The notes: generated by a model from the letters alone, not told the origin. Counted from the stretch's first letter, positions 47,448-58,443 are shown. The stretch: 64,000 nt of DNA from an uncultured Desulfosarcina sp. (GCA_963674945.2 CAXXWQ010000003.1:928001-992000), one strand, 5' to 3'. Numbers and translations are program-made.

Positions 47448-49001
47448 ATGAGGCATTTGAAAAGTCAAAGGAACATTTTGATAACGATGGCATGCATTCT
47501 TGGCGTGTTTTCGTTTCTTGGATCTGCGGATGCGGCGAAATGGTATTTGGGATCCGACACACAACTACTTATGGACGTTTCACTCACCTACGGGACTGGA
47601 ATAAGGGTGTCTGACCGGGACGCCGAATTACTGGCCGATGTCATCAAAGATGACAGCAACCGGAATTTCGACCAGTGGGACTTTTTCAACAACAAGATCA
47701 CCGCCCTTGCGGACATCGAATTCATCTATAAGGACTTTGGCGTATTCGTCCGGCCCAAGGCGTTTTATGACTATGTGTACATGTCAGACAACTCCAATGA
47801 CGGTTCCAGCAATGCCACCAACAGTGCCTATGTCGGCGGCCTCATCGATGAACCGGATCAATGGGCCGATGAGATCGAGGATATCCACGGCATGAACGCC
47901 GAAATCCTGGATCTTTTCGCATATTACGGATTCCGGCTGGGCGAAGTGCCCTTTGACCTCCGTGTGGGAAAACAGGTCATCGCCTGGGGCGAGAGCAGCT
48001 ACATTCCGGGCATGAATTCGGCCCAGGCCCCCATTGATGCTGCCGCCGCGGTCGCAGTGGGAACAGAGGTAAAAGAGATCTTTCTGCCCACGGGAGCGGT
48101 TTATCTTCAGACAGGCTTCTGGGATTTCGGACTGCGCGGTTACTATCAGTGGGAGTGGGAAAAAAACAGACTGATGGAAGGCGGGACCTTTCTTTCGTCT
48201 GCGGACATGCTCGATGAAATCAAGGCGCCCCTTATAGCAGAATTAGGACCAGGGGCCTATATAAACTTGCCTCGGATAAAGGATGATGAACCCAGAGACG
48301 ACGGACAGTTCGGTGTCGCGCTGTCATATATGCTGCCGTGGGCCGCAACGGAGATCGCGGGGTATTATCTCAACTATCACGAGAAGAGCCAGGCAATTAT
48401 AGATGCCGGTGCTACCGGGTATAAGATTATCTTTCCGGAAGACATCAAGCTGTATGGCTTCACCGTCAGTTCTGTGATCGGAGACACCCAGGTAGGCTTC
48501 GAAGTCACCTATCGAGACGACATCGTCTTCCAGGACGCCGAAGCACGGACGATTAATGAGGGTGGCTTCTGGCAGACACAGGCAAGTTTTACCTACCTCA
48601 AAAGCCCGGGATGGTTCAATGTGGCGGATCGAATTATCGTGTCCGGTGAAGCCGCGTACTGCGCCCAAGTCGACCTCAAGGGGATAGAGGGACGGCCGGA
48701 AGAAGGTATCGATGGGAGAGAGGAGGAAGGTTTCAAGTATGTCGCCGTACTCAATTTTGATTGGTTCCAGGTGCTGCAAAGAACGGATTTCGGCTTCAAC
48801 GTGAAATATTCCGAAATCCCCAAAGGGGACGATTATCTCAAACCGGTAGATTTTCAGGAAAATAAAAATGCCGTCTCCGTCGGTGTGGATATGGTTTTCA
48901 ATGATGTCTGGGAAGCCGATCTTACCTATGAAAACCGATTGCACAACAATGATCTATCGGATCGCGATACGATTTCCTTTAAACTGTCATACGCATTTTA
49001 A
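47448..49001 (+). CDS. DUF1302-like outer-membrane protein
   Basis: Signal peptide; RVGKQVIAWGES; YYQWEW; terminal Phe. Confidence 0.8.
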   Translation: MRHLKSQRNILITMACILGVFSFLGSADAAKWYLGSDTQLLMDVSLTYGTGIRVSDRDAELLADVIKDDSNRNFDQWDFFNNKITALADIEFIYKDFGVFVRPKAFYDYVYMSDNSNDGSSNATNSAYVGGLIDEPDQWADEIEDIHGMNAEILDLFAYYGFRLGEVPFDLRVGKQVIAWGESSYIPGMNSAQAPIDAAAAVAVGTEVKEIFLPTGAVYLQTGFWDFGLRGYYQWEWEKNRLMEGGTFLSSADMLDEIKAPLIAELGPGAYINLPRIKDDEPRDDGQFGVALSYMLPWAATEIAGYYLNYHEKSQAIIDAGATGYKIIFPEDIKLYGFTVSSVIGDTQVGFEVTYRDDIVFQDAEARTINEGGFWQTQASFTYLKSPGWFNVADRIIVSGEAAYCAQVDLKGIEGRPEEGIDGREEEGFKYVAVLNFDWFQVLQRTDFGFNVKYSEIPKGDDYLKPVDFQENKNAVSVGVDMVFNDVWEADLTYENRLHNNDLSDRDTISFKLSYAF

Positions 49002-49033
49002 AAAGTCATTGTAAAAGGGGAAAGGAGAGCTCA

Positions 49034-50416
49034 ATGAACAATACCATATGCAGATCCATACTTTCCGTAATATTGACAAGCCTGCTCGTGTTTACAGCAA
49101 TTCCGGCGTATGCAAAAGTGACCGCTGAAGAGGCAGCGAAACTGAAAACCGAATTGACTCCCGTTGGCGCCGAACGGGCGGGAAACAAAGAGGGAACCAT
49201 CCCTGCCTGGACCGGCGGACTTTCCAAAATTCCCGAAGGCATCGATTATGTAGCCAAATCCGGGATACCCCATCCTGATCCCTTTGCCGATGACAAGATC
49301 CTGTTTACCATTACGGCGCAAAATGTCGACCAGTACAAAGATAAATTGTCTGCGGGTTTGCTGAAAATGTTCCAACTTCATCCGGAGACCTGGAAGATGC
49401 ATGTCTATCCTACCAGAAGATCCGCAGCATATTCCGAAGACACGTATGAGGGAACATATCAAAACGCCCTGAATACAGAGATTGTCGATGAATATGGCAG
49501 TGTAATCCATATCACCAAGGGGTTTCCGTTTCCGATTGCCAAAAACGGCGTGGAGGCCATTGTCAATTTTATTCAGAAGCCGCAAGGCGCAAAATATTTG
49601 ACCCACACGTTGGGTGGCGGGATCATATTGGCAAACGGCAGAACTACGTGGATGGCCGCAACGAACTACATTATGTACGCACTCGAAGGCGCAAATGAAC
49701 AAGCAGTAGATCCAAGAGACTATACGTATAGAATAATGTATGAACTGCGCATCCCCGGCCGCATCGGCGAGTATTTTTTCGTAATGGAACCGGCCAACTA
49801 CGAGCGAGAAGATTCCGTGGGCTGGTCTTATATACCAGGTATGCGCCGGGTGCGCCGGAATCCCGGCCTGTTTTACGATGGCGTCGACGGCACCGGCGGC
49901 GGCATTGCGTGCGTGGACGACGGGTGGATGTGGAGGGGCAAACCCGACCGGTTTGATTGGGCACTGCCCAAAGAGAAAAAAGAGATGTTCATTCCGTATA
50001 ACAACTACCAGATCGACTTGCTTCCTGATTATAAGGAAATGCAAACACCCAATCATCCCAACCCGAAATACCTCCGGTGGGAACTTCACCGGACGTGGGA
50101 GCTCGTTGCGACGCTTAAGGAAGGCAGTCGGCATATATACGGAAAAAGGGTATATTATATGGATGAAGACACATGGCTGATCGGTCTTAAGGACGCGTAC
50201 GACAAGCGCGGAAGTCTGTGGAGAGCAGCAATGGCAACCGGGAAACAACATTACGACGTTCCCGTGTACCGACAGGCCCAGTACTTTAATTTTGATTTCA
50301 CAACGGATTATTGGGTTGCAAACGGGTGGGTCAACGGGCTACCGCACGAAAGTTACGAGGAGATACCGGATGACTTTTTCACAGTTCAAAATTTACGAAG
50401 GATTGGCAAACGGTAA
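49034..50416 (+). CDS. DUF1329-like periplasmic protein
   Basis: LTPVGAERAGN...IPAWTGG; WSYIPGMRRVRR; RWELHR. Confidence 0.85.
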   Translation: MNNTICRSILSVILTSLLVFTAIPAYAKVTAEEAAKLKTELTPVGAERAGNKEGTIPAWTGGLSKIPEGIDYVAKSGIPHPDPFADDKILFTITAQNVDQYKDKLSAGLLKMFQLHPETWKMHVYPTRRSAAYSEDTYEGTYQNALNTEIVDEYGSVIHITKGFPFPIAKNGVEAIVNFIQKPQGAKYLTHTLGGGIILANGRTTWMAATNYIMYALEGANEQAVDPRDYTYRIMYELRIPGRIGEYFFVMEPANYEREDSVGWSYIPGMRRVRRNPGLFYDGVDGTGGGIACVDDGWMWRGKPDRFDWALPKEKKEMFIPYNNYQIDLLPDYKEMQTPNHPNPKYLRWELHRTWELVATLKEGSRHIYGKRVYYMDEDTWLIGLKDAYDKRGSLWRAAMATGKQHYDVPVYRQAQYFNFDFTTDYWVANGWVNGLPHESYEEIPDDFFTVQNLRRIGKR

Positions 50417-50675
50417 TCCGCGAAGGCGGCTTAGGATGAAAGACAGTTTGTGAGACGCCAAGAAGAAGAGAAGGTCGGTGCAACGCCGGCCTTCTCTTTT
50501 TGCGAAGTCACTTGGAATTTCCCCACGAACGAACCTGAACTGACGACATGAAAAATTTCCCACGTACCCTCTAAAGGTTGAACCATAAACGACCAATAAC
50601 CTTTACAGAGACCAGACGTTTGTTTATCGTGGATCATAAATGATCAGTGTCAAAAAGGAATACACTGAGGAGACC

Positions 50676-51008
50676 ATGCAGAATCGTAGAAAATCAAAAA
50701 GAATATCGACAAGTTGCCCCATTATTTATGTGATCCCGAACTTACGTGGCCAAATTGAAACACAAGGATTGGGCGTCGCTTTGGATGTCAGCCTGGACGG
50801 AATGATGTTTGAATCGAACGAACCAATTGAAGCGACGAAATTATACATTCGTGCATCGTGCAATGATGGAAGTTCGGTTAAGATCGAAGGAATCTTGGTT
50901 TATTCGATGCCGTATTCCAATGGCAAATATCGATCGGGAATCAGCTTCAAGGGGGCCTCTGATCAAATCTCAGATTTTGTCACCGAAGTATTGAGCAGAC
51001 CCTTATAA
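50676..51008 (+). CDS. PilZ-domain protein
   Basis: RRKSKR ... DVSLDG motifs. Confidence 0.8.
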   Translation: MQNRRKSKRISTSCPIIYVIPNLRGQIETQGLGVALDVSLDGMMFESNEPIEATKLYIRASCNDGSSVKIEGILVYSMPYSNGKYRSGISFKGASDQISDFVTEVLSRPL

Positions 51009-51283
51009 CGATAAAATTGCAGTTGCCTGTATAGAAACGACCACATCTTTTCCTCTCCAAAAAGAATAGTATGTAAAGGCCTTATCCATTTCCTTCGCAC
51101 GTCTTTTTTACTATCTATTTCCATCAATCGGATGATATACAAAAACGCCATGTGCCTGGTGAGCATAAAGACCCATTGCCGGCCGCAATTTCCGGTAGCA
51201 TGAAAAGACTGCAATAACATCAATGCCCGAAAGGCGCAAACTGTTGACTGAGTCATCTCAAAGCATTTGCATATGGACCCGCC

Positions 51284-51868
51284 ATGGAAAACAAGCGCAA
51301 CGCCATCACGAAAATATACGACCATTTCGAAGAAGAGGCCGCCCCTTTCAAAAAGGACGCCGCATGCAAGAAAGGATGCGCGTTCTGTTGTACGGATGCC
51401 GGCAGCATCGACATCACCACCCTGGAAGGACTGCGGATCCACAAGCATATCGCCCAACTGCCGCGTTCCCAGCAGGGCGCATTGAAAAAGGCTATTGCCA
51501 GGGATGCCCGTCGGAGGGAAAAGGGTCAGGCCTCACCCTGCCCGTTTCTGCTGAAGAATAAAAATTGTCGTATTTATGATATTCGGCCGTTTGCCTGCCG
51601 GCGGATCTATTCGCTCAAGCGGTGCAACCCGGAGCAGCCACCAATGCTTCACCGGCAAGTGATGGCGGTGGCCCAGGAGGCCATTGGGCACTTGCAACAA
51701 TTGGACGACACCGGATACTCGGGCCATATCTCCTATATTCTGCAGATGCTGGAAACGCCGGCGTTCACGAAGGTCTACCTGGCAGGCGGTTTTCAACCTG
51801 AAACGATCATGGCATATGGAAAATCCCACAAGATTGCCATTAACCGGATGATGAATCCGGAAAGGTAG
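51284..51868 (+). CDS. YkgJ-family cysteine-cluster protein
   Basis: CKKGCAFCC...CPFL...CRIYDIRPFACR. Confidence 0.88.
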   Translation: MENKRNAITKIYDHFEEEAAPFKKDAACKKGCAFCCTDAGSIDITTLEGLRIHKHIAQLPRSQQGALKKAIARDARRREKGQASPCPFLLKNKNCRIYDIRPFACRRIYSLKRCNPEQPPMLHRQVMAVAQEAIGHLQQLDDTGYSGHISYILQMLETPAFTKVYLAGGFQPETIMAYGKSHKIAINRMMNPER

Positions 51869-51940
51869 GTAAAACGTACGAACGTTTTCAATGGAAGTCC
51901 GAGATTAGGGAAGCTATCACACCGAGTGCAGATCCAACGG

Positions 51941-53191
51941 TCAGGACGAACGAAAAGGCCGCCAGGTTTTCGCCAAAGACCGCCAACGCTGAAATCGGAA
52001 GAACGTTTTTAAAACCATCGCCATCATTTTTGCTTTTCTGTTTTCAAATTCGCAGACAACCTCCTTCAGCATGTCCGGGATCGCTATACTCTGGGGGCAT
52101 TGTTTTGCACACTTCCCGCACTCTTTGCACTGAGAAGCCAAAGAAGGTTTACCATCGGCGATCCCTGACAAATTAAACACATACATCCCCAATGCGCTGC
52201 GATCTTCAAACATGTGGCGACGATTATAAGATTCAAAGCAGCCGGGGATATTCACACCTTCCGGGCAAGGCATGCAATATTGACAGCCCGTACAAGGTAC
52301 TTTCATTAATTCACGGTAGGCTTTTTCAACTCGCTCATAGAGTGATATTTCATGTGGCGTCAGCGAGTACGGCTCTGCCTCGGACGCAATCTTGATATTC
52401 TCCTCGATATGACGCTCTTCATTCATGCCGGAGAGGAGAACAGTCACATTCGGATGATTCCATACCCATCGCAACGCCCACTCGGCGGGAGAGCGCTTCA
52501 CCTCCGCTTCATCCCAGATCGCCTGCACTTTTTTGGGAATTTCACCAACGAGATTTCCGCCCCGCAAAGGTTCCATGATCACGATACCAAGATCTTTTGC
52601 CGCGGCATATTCCAGGCCTTCTTTGCCGGCCTGATTTTTCTCATCCAGAAAATTATATTGAATCTGACAAAAATCCCAGTCAAATGCATCGACGATCAGC
52701 TTGAATTCATCCAACGGCATATGCGATGAAAAACCGGCATTGGCAATTCGACCGTCTTTTTTTGCCTGGACAAGGAAATCGGTAATGCCCAAACCGCATA
52801 AACGATCCCATTTATTTTTCCATATATTATGGACCAGATAATAATCGATCTGATCCGTCTTCAGGTTTTTTAACTGGGCGTTTAGTAAACGGTCCATATC
52901 GTCCCGCGTTTTCACGGACCAGTGGGGCAGCTTCGTGGCGAGTCTGACTTTTCGACGATACCCATCAGACAGGGCTCTTCCTAAAAAAGGCTCGCTGCCA
53001 CCCATATGGTAGGGCATGGCCGTATCAAAATAGTTGACGCCTTGTTCGATGGCATGGCGGATTTGTCTTGTCGCTCTCTCCTCATCAATCTTTCCTTCAC
53101 CGGGAGTGCCTTTCTTCTGCGGAAGCCGCATGCAACCAAAACCCAATATGGATAAGCGATCTCCATTTTTCGGCATCTCCCGGTAAAGCAA
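51941..53191 (-). CDS. Aldo/keto reductase with C-terminal Fe-S domain
   Basis: LGFGCMRLP, YFDTA, IMEPLRGG, CTGCQYCMPCP. Confidence 0.9.
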   Translation of the reverse strand: MLYREMPKNGDRLSILGFGCMRLPQKKGTPGEGKIDEERATRQIRHAIEQGVNYFDTAMPYHMGGSEPFLGRALSDGYRRKVRLATKLPHWSVKTRDDMDRLLNAQLKNLKTDQIDYYLVHNIWKNKWDRLCGLGITDFLVQAKKDGRIANAGFSSHMPLDEFKLIVDAFDWDFCQIQYNFLDEKNQAGKEGLEYAAAKDLGIVIMEPLRGGNLVGEIPKKVQAIWDEAEVKRSPAEWALRWVWNHPNVTVLLSGMNEERHIEENIKIASEAEPYSLTPHEISLYERVEKAYRELMKVPCTGCQYCMPCPEGVNIPGCFESYNRRHMFEDRSALGMYVFNLSGIADGKPSLASQCKECGKCAKQCPQSIAIPDMLKEVVCEFENRKAKMMAMVLKTFFRFQRWRSLAKTWRPFRSS

Positions 53192-53237
53192 TTTTCACCT
53201 CCGTTCAAATAAAATTGAACAATTTACGCTCACTAGT

Positions 53238-53408
53238 TAGTGTCTATCCAGAAATAGGCAAATTTGGTCGAGATCAAGGCGCACGAAAAATTTTACCGCA
53301 GGTGCCCGAAGGAAATACCCTTGGGGTGCATATGGTTGATATTCCGAGGATAAAATTTTTCGCGCAACGCGGATATCGGGCAAATTGGCCATTTCTGGAT
53401 GGGTACTA
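53238..53408. mobile_element. MITE-like inverted-repeat element
   Basis: TAGTGTCTATCCAGAAATAGGCAAATTTG ... CAAATTGGCCATTTCTGGATGGGTACTA; non-coding. Confidence 0.6.
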
Positions 53409-53409
53409 G

Positions 53410-53778
53410 TTAACGGAGAGAATAGATCTCACCAACAGCCACTTTTACCACACATTTTGGTTCGATATTCTTCTTGGAGAACAGTTCCTTGTATTGGTCG
53501 AATACTTCGCCGCTCGTCTCTATGGTGGCTTTTCCTTTGATCTGGTGCTGCTGCATAATTTCAGCATCGACGACAGTTACCGCCACATTCGGGTTTTCAT
53601 GGACATTCTTGAATGTTTTTCCTTCGCTGGCGCAGGCAAAACATATGGTTTCATCGTCTAACACCATGGGTGATCCCATGGCCACGGTGTTCGGGATGCC
53701 TTCCTTGCTCGCAGTACCCACCATGGAATACCGTTTGTTCTTAAACATCTCCTTCATCTCGTCATTCAAGACTGCCAT
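53410..53778 (-). CDS. Pyridoxamine-5'-phosphate-oxidase-family protein
   Basis: VGTASKEGIPN...KTFKNVHENPNVAV...QIKG. Confidence 0.82.
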   Translation of the reverse strand: MAVLNDEMKEMFKNKRYSMVGTASKEGIPNTVAMGSPMVLDDETICFACASEGKTFKNVHENPNVAVTVVDAEIMQQHQIKGKATIETSGEVFDQYKELFSKKNIEPKCVVKVAVGEIYSLR

Positions 53779-53837
53779 GATGCCCTCCTTGGCTTTTCCT
53801 GTTTGAAGTCGCACTTTATCACTGCCAGACAACCACT

Positions 53838-54803
53838 TTAATAGATTACTTTTATTGGAACGCCAACCCCGCTCACCTTTTCCACAAGAGATTCGATGAA
53901 CTCCGTTTCCAGGGTATCCACACCCTCAAGCGGGTATTCCATATCCAATGCATCGTATTTCCCTGAGCCAAACTTGTGATAGGGTAAAAGATTAACCTCA
54001 ATATCACCTAACTCGTGTGCAAATTGGACGGTCTGCTCAATATTTTCCAAAGTGGCGTTGCATTCCGGTATCAAAGGGACCCTGATGATCATCGAAATTC
54101 CTTTGTCGGCAATCAGCTTGGCATTTTTCAAGATGATCTCATTACTCACACCCGTCAGCCTTTCGTGAAGCGCGGGATCAATCGCTTTGATGTCGTAGAG
54201 CACCAGGTCAACATGCTCCAGAACCGACGCCAGGGTTTCAGAGGATACAAATCCGCAGGTATCCAATGTGGTATGTAGTCCACGCTTCTGACATCTTTCC
54301 AAAAATGCCGAGAGAAAAGCCGGTTGGCCACATGCCTCACCACCGGATGCCGTTACACCACCGCCGGAATTTCGATAATAGTCCATGTCTTTCAGCACAA
54401 TATCCATCACTTCGTCCACGGTATATTCCTTGCCCGTGATCTTTCGTGCCTCATTCAAACAGGCTGATTCGCATTTCCCGCACCCGTTGCAGCGTCTCCT
54501 ATCCGTAGCCACGAATCCATCATCCCGAACCAGGATCGCTTTATTGGGGCAGACATCGATGCACCGATGGCACTGGGAGCAAAGATTTTCCCGGTACAGA
54601 ATCTCAGGACTCTTCCTCTGTGACTCAGGATTGCTGCACCACAGGCAAGCCAGCGGACACCCTTTGAAAAAGACCGTGGTTCGAATTCCCGGACCATCCT
54701 GGACGGAAAACCGCTGGATATCGAAAATGCGACCCTTCAGCTCTTCCGTTTCCTCTGCATCTACATCATTCGGTTCATAGGCGGTGGCTTGATTTGTATC
54801 CAT
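53838..54803 (-). CDS. Glycyl-radical enzyme activase (radical SAM with ferredoxin insert)
   Basis: DGPGIRTTVFFKGCPLACLWCSNPE; two CxxCxxCxxxC; SGGE. Confidence 0.95.
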   Translation of the reverse strand: MDTNQATAYEPNDVDAEETEELKGRIFDIQRFSVQDGPGIRTTVFFKGCPLACLWCSNPESQRKSPEILYRENLCSQCHRCIDVCPNKAILVRDDGFVATDRRRCNGCGKCESACLNEARKITGKEYTVDEVMDIVLKDMDYYRNSGGGVTASGGEACGQPAFLSAFLERCQKRGLHTTLDTCGFVSSETLASVLEHVDLVLYDIKAIDPALHERLTGVSNEIILKNAKLIADKGISMIIRVPLIPECNATLENIEQTVQFAHELGDIEVNLLPYHKFGSGKYDALDMEYPLEGVDTLETEFIESLVEKVSGVGVPIKVIY

Positions 54804-55061
54804 CTTTCAAATTCCTTTGTTTTATCCGCGAATTTCCCAAACTTGGCTGATATTCTCAGACAGGAGGGGACAGACGCTCAAGTTTCGAATATGCCTCTCG
54901 GTTATTTGATGTATCTTCGGGCGACATTACGATCGAGAACTGTAGTTACCTTTTGTACGGCACTGGATGTTTCATATGAACCATTACAGGCGTAAGCCGC
55001 CACGGCCTTTCGGCAGTGACGGCTTCTCTTTGACTTTGGATCAGAATCTGTTTCCCATGGA

Positions 55062-57581
55062 CTACATGGCGTGTTCCGTCCGGGTGATGATTTCGTCCCG
55101 TACTTCCGGCGTCAGCTCGATCCAGTAAGCACTGTATCCCGCAACCCGTACCACCAGGTCCTGGTAATTCTCCGGATGGGCTTTGGCATCCAGAAGGGTT
55201 TTTCTGTTCAAAATATTCAGCTGCAACTGGGATCCGCCCTTGGCAAAAAAAGTGCTAAGCAAGGCGGCAAACTTCTGCTTGCCCTCATTGCTTCCAAGAA
55301 CGCCGGCGGAAAACTTCATGTTCATCAGTGAGCTCTCCATGCCCATCATGTCACATTTCGCCGATGAATTCATCACGGCCGTGGGACCGTTCTTGTCGCA
55401 GCCGCGAACGGGTGACAACGACCCGTCGGCCAGGGGTTCCCCCTTCTTCTTCCCGTTTGGCAGCGCTCCGGTTTCTGCGGCAACCCACTGGGCCCACGCG
55501 GCGCCCTGACGGAAGAGTCTGGGCGGACGGCCAAGGATGTCACGATAGGAGAGTGCCTCGTCCCGGGTCCAGGACCAGATATGCGCCATCAGTTCGTCGG
55601 GCTCTTCCAGGTCGTTGCCGTACTTGGGATAATCCATCAGTCTTTTCCGCAGTTCCTCATGCCCCTCGAAATCCGCCTTGAGCGCCGCGAGAAGTTCGTC
55701 CATGGTGCAGATCTTGTCTTCGAACACCGCATGCTTGATCGCGATCAGAGAATCGGTGGTGTCCGGAAAGGCCCGGTCCACGAAGGAGCCGCCCTCCAGC
55801 TGCATGGCGGTCGTGCAACCATGATGGTTGCAGTCCTTGCCGCTCTCGACGCAGCCTTCCAGCCAGGCCGAGGCGATCGGCATATAGGCTTCGCCGGTGC
55901 CGTCGCAATGCCTGTCTCCATCATTTCCCAGGTTCATGTGGAAGGCGTAATGGTGCTTCACCTGTGTCTTGTAGGCTTCCAGAACCTCATCGAAGGTCGT
56001 AAATTCTCTCGGGTCTCCCGTGTCCGTTCCCAGTTTGAACCCGGAATCCGGATCCACGCCCCGATTGAGCGCCATCTGGAGCAGTTTGCCGTGATGCACG
56101 AATCCGGGCCCCGGTCCCATGCCCCAGTTGAAGGTCTTGCAGATACCGGTATTCACACAGCCGGCCATGGACCAGTCCCGCGCCTCTTCATGGGGAACAC
56201 CGCGACTCATCAGGTACTCCATGTTGTTGCGGTCGTTGAACCAGGCCGGGATGCCTGCGCCGTGATTCTTGTTGCACTCGATGGCCGCATCCAGAAATTC
56301 CGGTTTCATGGCGTGGTGATAGCGAATGGAGATGTGCGGCTGGTGCGTCCTGAGCTGGCCTGCCACGTGCAACACCATACAACCCCACTCATTGGAGCAG
56401 TCTCTGCCCCTCCGGTCGATTCCGCCCAGGGTGACGTTGACGATGTAGTTGGCCTGGGCCACCGCCTGATGGTCCCGCCGGCCCGCAAGCCCCGTGAACA
56501 GAAAAGGCTCCAGCGAATCCCAGAATACGAAGATGTTCCCCATCAGTTCCGCCGCTTCCTGGCGACTCATGCGGCCTTCGTTGATGTCCTTCATGTAAAA
56601 CGGGAACAGGTACTGATCGAAACGGCCGGCGTAATGGTTGGAGATGGCCTTTTCCATGTCGTGTACCACCGGTATGAACCAATAGGCCTGCAGCGCTTCC
56701 CTGAAGGTCCGCGGCGGATTTTCGGACACCCATTCGCACACATCGCCGATCTCTTTCAGCTCTTTCTTTCTGGTGGCGTTCTTTTCTTTCTTCGCCAGCT
56801 TGCGCGCCGCTTCGGCGTGACGCTTGATGAATACCGAAAACCCCTTCTGGCCGATGACAAAGGATTCCAGAACCTTGATCTTGTCCGTGTCCTCCAGCGT
56901 GATCTTAGCCCCTTTGCGCTTGATTTCGGATATCCGCTCTTCGATTTCGGCGATGATGCCGTTGATCCCGATCTTCAGGTACTTCTCGAAGTCGCAGCCC
57001 ACGACCAGCGGGGTGTGTTCGCCCATCTGCAGAACGCCGCCCATGTTGAGCTTGGCCTGACCCATCTGATTTCTCTTTTCGCCGCCAAAGGCCACATTGG
57101 CCGCATGGCGTTTCTTGCCCAGACCCATGGCATCCCAGTATGTGGCCGCGGCACGGATGTCCTCGATGGTTTCGTCGGTGAGTTCGGCGTCCTGCTCCTC
57201 GCTGCCGGCGCTGGCCATCTTGTCCCGGTACTCCAGGATCATCAGTATCATTTCCGGGCCAAAGGTGTGGCCCGGATAGGCACCGCGATTGTAAGGCGTC
57301 GGCTTGCCCACGATCAGCTCGCCGTCCCGGATGACGATGGGCATCTTGGCCATGAGATTGGCTTCGCCCTTGGCTTTCCGAATCGCCGGATGCTCGCCCT
57401 CGGTTTCCCTGTAGGATTCCAGCCAGTATCTGGCCCTTTCGCCGGCGATGTGAACGCCGTCTTCCCTTACCCTGTTCTTGAGCATCTTGATCCGGTCGGT
57501 GAAGCCGTTGGTCTTGTAGACCTCTTCCAGATGGATCACCCGTGGATCAACCTTCGGTTCTTTGCTTTTTGAAGCGGCCAT
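55062..57581 (-). CDS. Glycyl-radical enzyme, paralog 1
   Basis: RVAGYS Gly loop; MAGCVN Cys loop; GRFDQYL; PKYGND. Confidence 0.95.
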   Translation of the reverse strand: MAASKSKEPKVDPRVIHLEEVYKTNGFTDRIKMLKNRVREDGVHIAGERARYWLESYRETEGEHPAIRKAKGEANLMAKMPIVIRDGELIVGKPTPYNRGAYPGHTFGPEMILMILEYRDKMASAGSEEQDAELTDETIEDIRAAATYWDAMGLGKKRHAANVAFGGEKRNQMGQAKLNMGGVLQMGEHTPLVVGCDFEKYLKIGINGIIAEIEERISEIKRKGAKITLEDTDKIKVLESFVIGQKGFSVFIKRHAEAARKLAKKEKNATRKKELKEIGDVCEWVSENPPRTFREALQAYWFIPVVHDMEKAISNHYAGRFDQYLFPFYMKDINEGRMSRQEAAELMGNIFVFWDSLEPFLFTGLAGRRDHQAVAQANYIVNVTLGGIDRRGRDCSNEWGCMVLHVAGQLRTHQPHISIRYHHAMKPEFLDAAIECNKNHGAGIPAWFNDRNNMEYLMSRGVPHEEARDWSMAGCVNTGICKTFNWGMGPGPGFVHHGKLLQMALNRGVDPDSGFKLGTDTGDPREFTTFDEVLEAYKTQVKHHYAFHMNLGNDGDRHCDGTGEAYMPIASAWLEGCVESGKDCNHHGCTTAMQLEGGSFVDRAFPDTTDSLIAIKHAVFEDKICTMDELLAALKADFEGHEELRKRLMDYPKYGNDLEEPDELMAHIWSWTRDEALSYRDILGRPPRLFRQGAAWAQWVAAETGALPNGKKKGEPLADGSLSPVRGCDKNGPTAVMNSSAKCDMMGMESSLMNMKFSAGVLGSNEGKQKFAALLSTFFAKGGSQLQLNILNRKTLLDAKAHPENYQDLVVRVAGYSAYWIELTPEVRDEIITRTEHAM

Positions 57582-57634
57582 TTTACCTTCCCCCCATTGT
57601 ATTGTTTTCTGGACATCGCTGACGATTTAAATGA

Positions 57635-57663
57635 ATTTTATCAAGCGTCTATCAGACTGTCAA
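57635..57663 (-). promoter_or_regulatory. Sigma70 promoter of GRE paralog 1
   Basis: Minus strand TTGACA-N17-TAAAAT. Confidence 0.65.
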
Positions 57664-57869
57664 TAAATAAGTCCCCGATTTTTATATTTTGATAGCTAAG
57701 TTTATTTTAAACTACCAAACATTGATTTTTTTTGCCCATGCGATCAATCTTTTGGCTTTTTTTCATCTTTCCGTTCTTCCTGGTAAATTGTTTTGACAGA
57801 TAATTGATGAGGCCCTACAAATCAGTTACCATTCAATGTGACGAAGATCAACATATTTGGCTTATGCTC

Positions 57870-58443
57870 ATATTGAAAGATCGTTTTGATTAGCGGTGAA
57901 AGCGGCACCGGCAAGGGGTTGTTGGCGCGATTGATTCATGACTGGAGCCCCCGAACGGGAAGGCCCTTCGTTACCGTCGATTGTGCCGCACTTCAGGAAA
58001 ACCTTCTGGAAAGCGACCTGTTCGGCCATGTCAAAGGTGCATTCACCGGTGCACTTCGGGACAAGGAAGGCAAACTCAAGACGGCTGAAGGAGGAACCGT
58101 ATTCCTCGACGAGGTACCCGGGGGGGACAATCTCGCAAACCTCAACAAAGCCATATGATATGTCCAGCAAAATGAGCATACCAACCGTCTCAAGGTCGTC
58201 ACGGTAATCAGCGAGCATGGAAAAGTTGCGCCGAATCTTCAACGGGACCTCGATATGCTTAATGAAACCTACCCCAATATCGACATCGAGTTGGTCATTC
58301 AATCCGGTAAATTCGGACCCGAAATGATCGATGCGCTTTCCCAAAAATGGCGCATCCCTACGAATCTGATGTTCATCGGTTCTCCAGGCAACCATTTCCT
58401 GTATGGTCTTGCCGAACTGGGGGGCGTTCGCCTCATCATCTGA
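57870..58443 (+). pseudogene. Chimeric remnant: sigma54-activator AAA fragment joined to a permease-like C-terminal fragment
   Basis: [18 protein letters not shown] then abrupt switch to [19 protein letters not shown]...ELGGVRLII with an in-frame stop. Confidence 0.7.

Noticed and set aside
37319..50251. Antisense or alternate-frame ORFs 37319-38866, 38566-39432, 45988-46962 and 49031-50251
   Set aside because: Fully overlap well-supported genes and show no recognisable domains.
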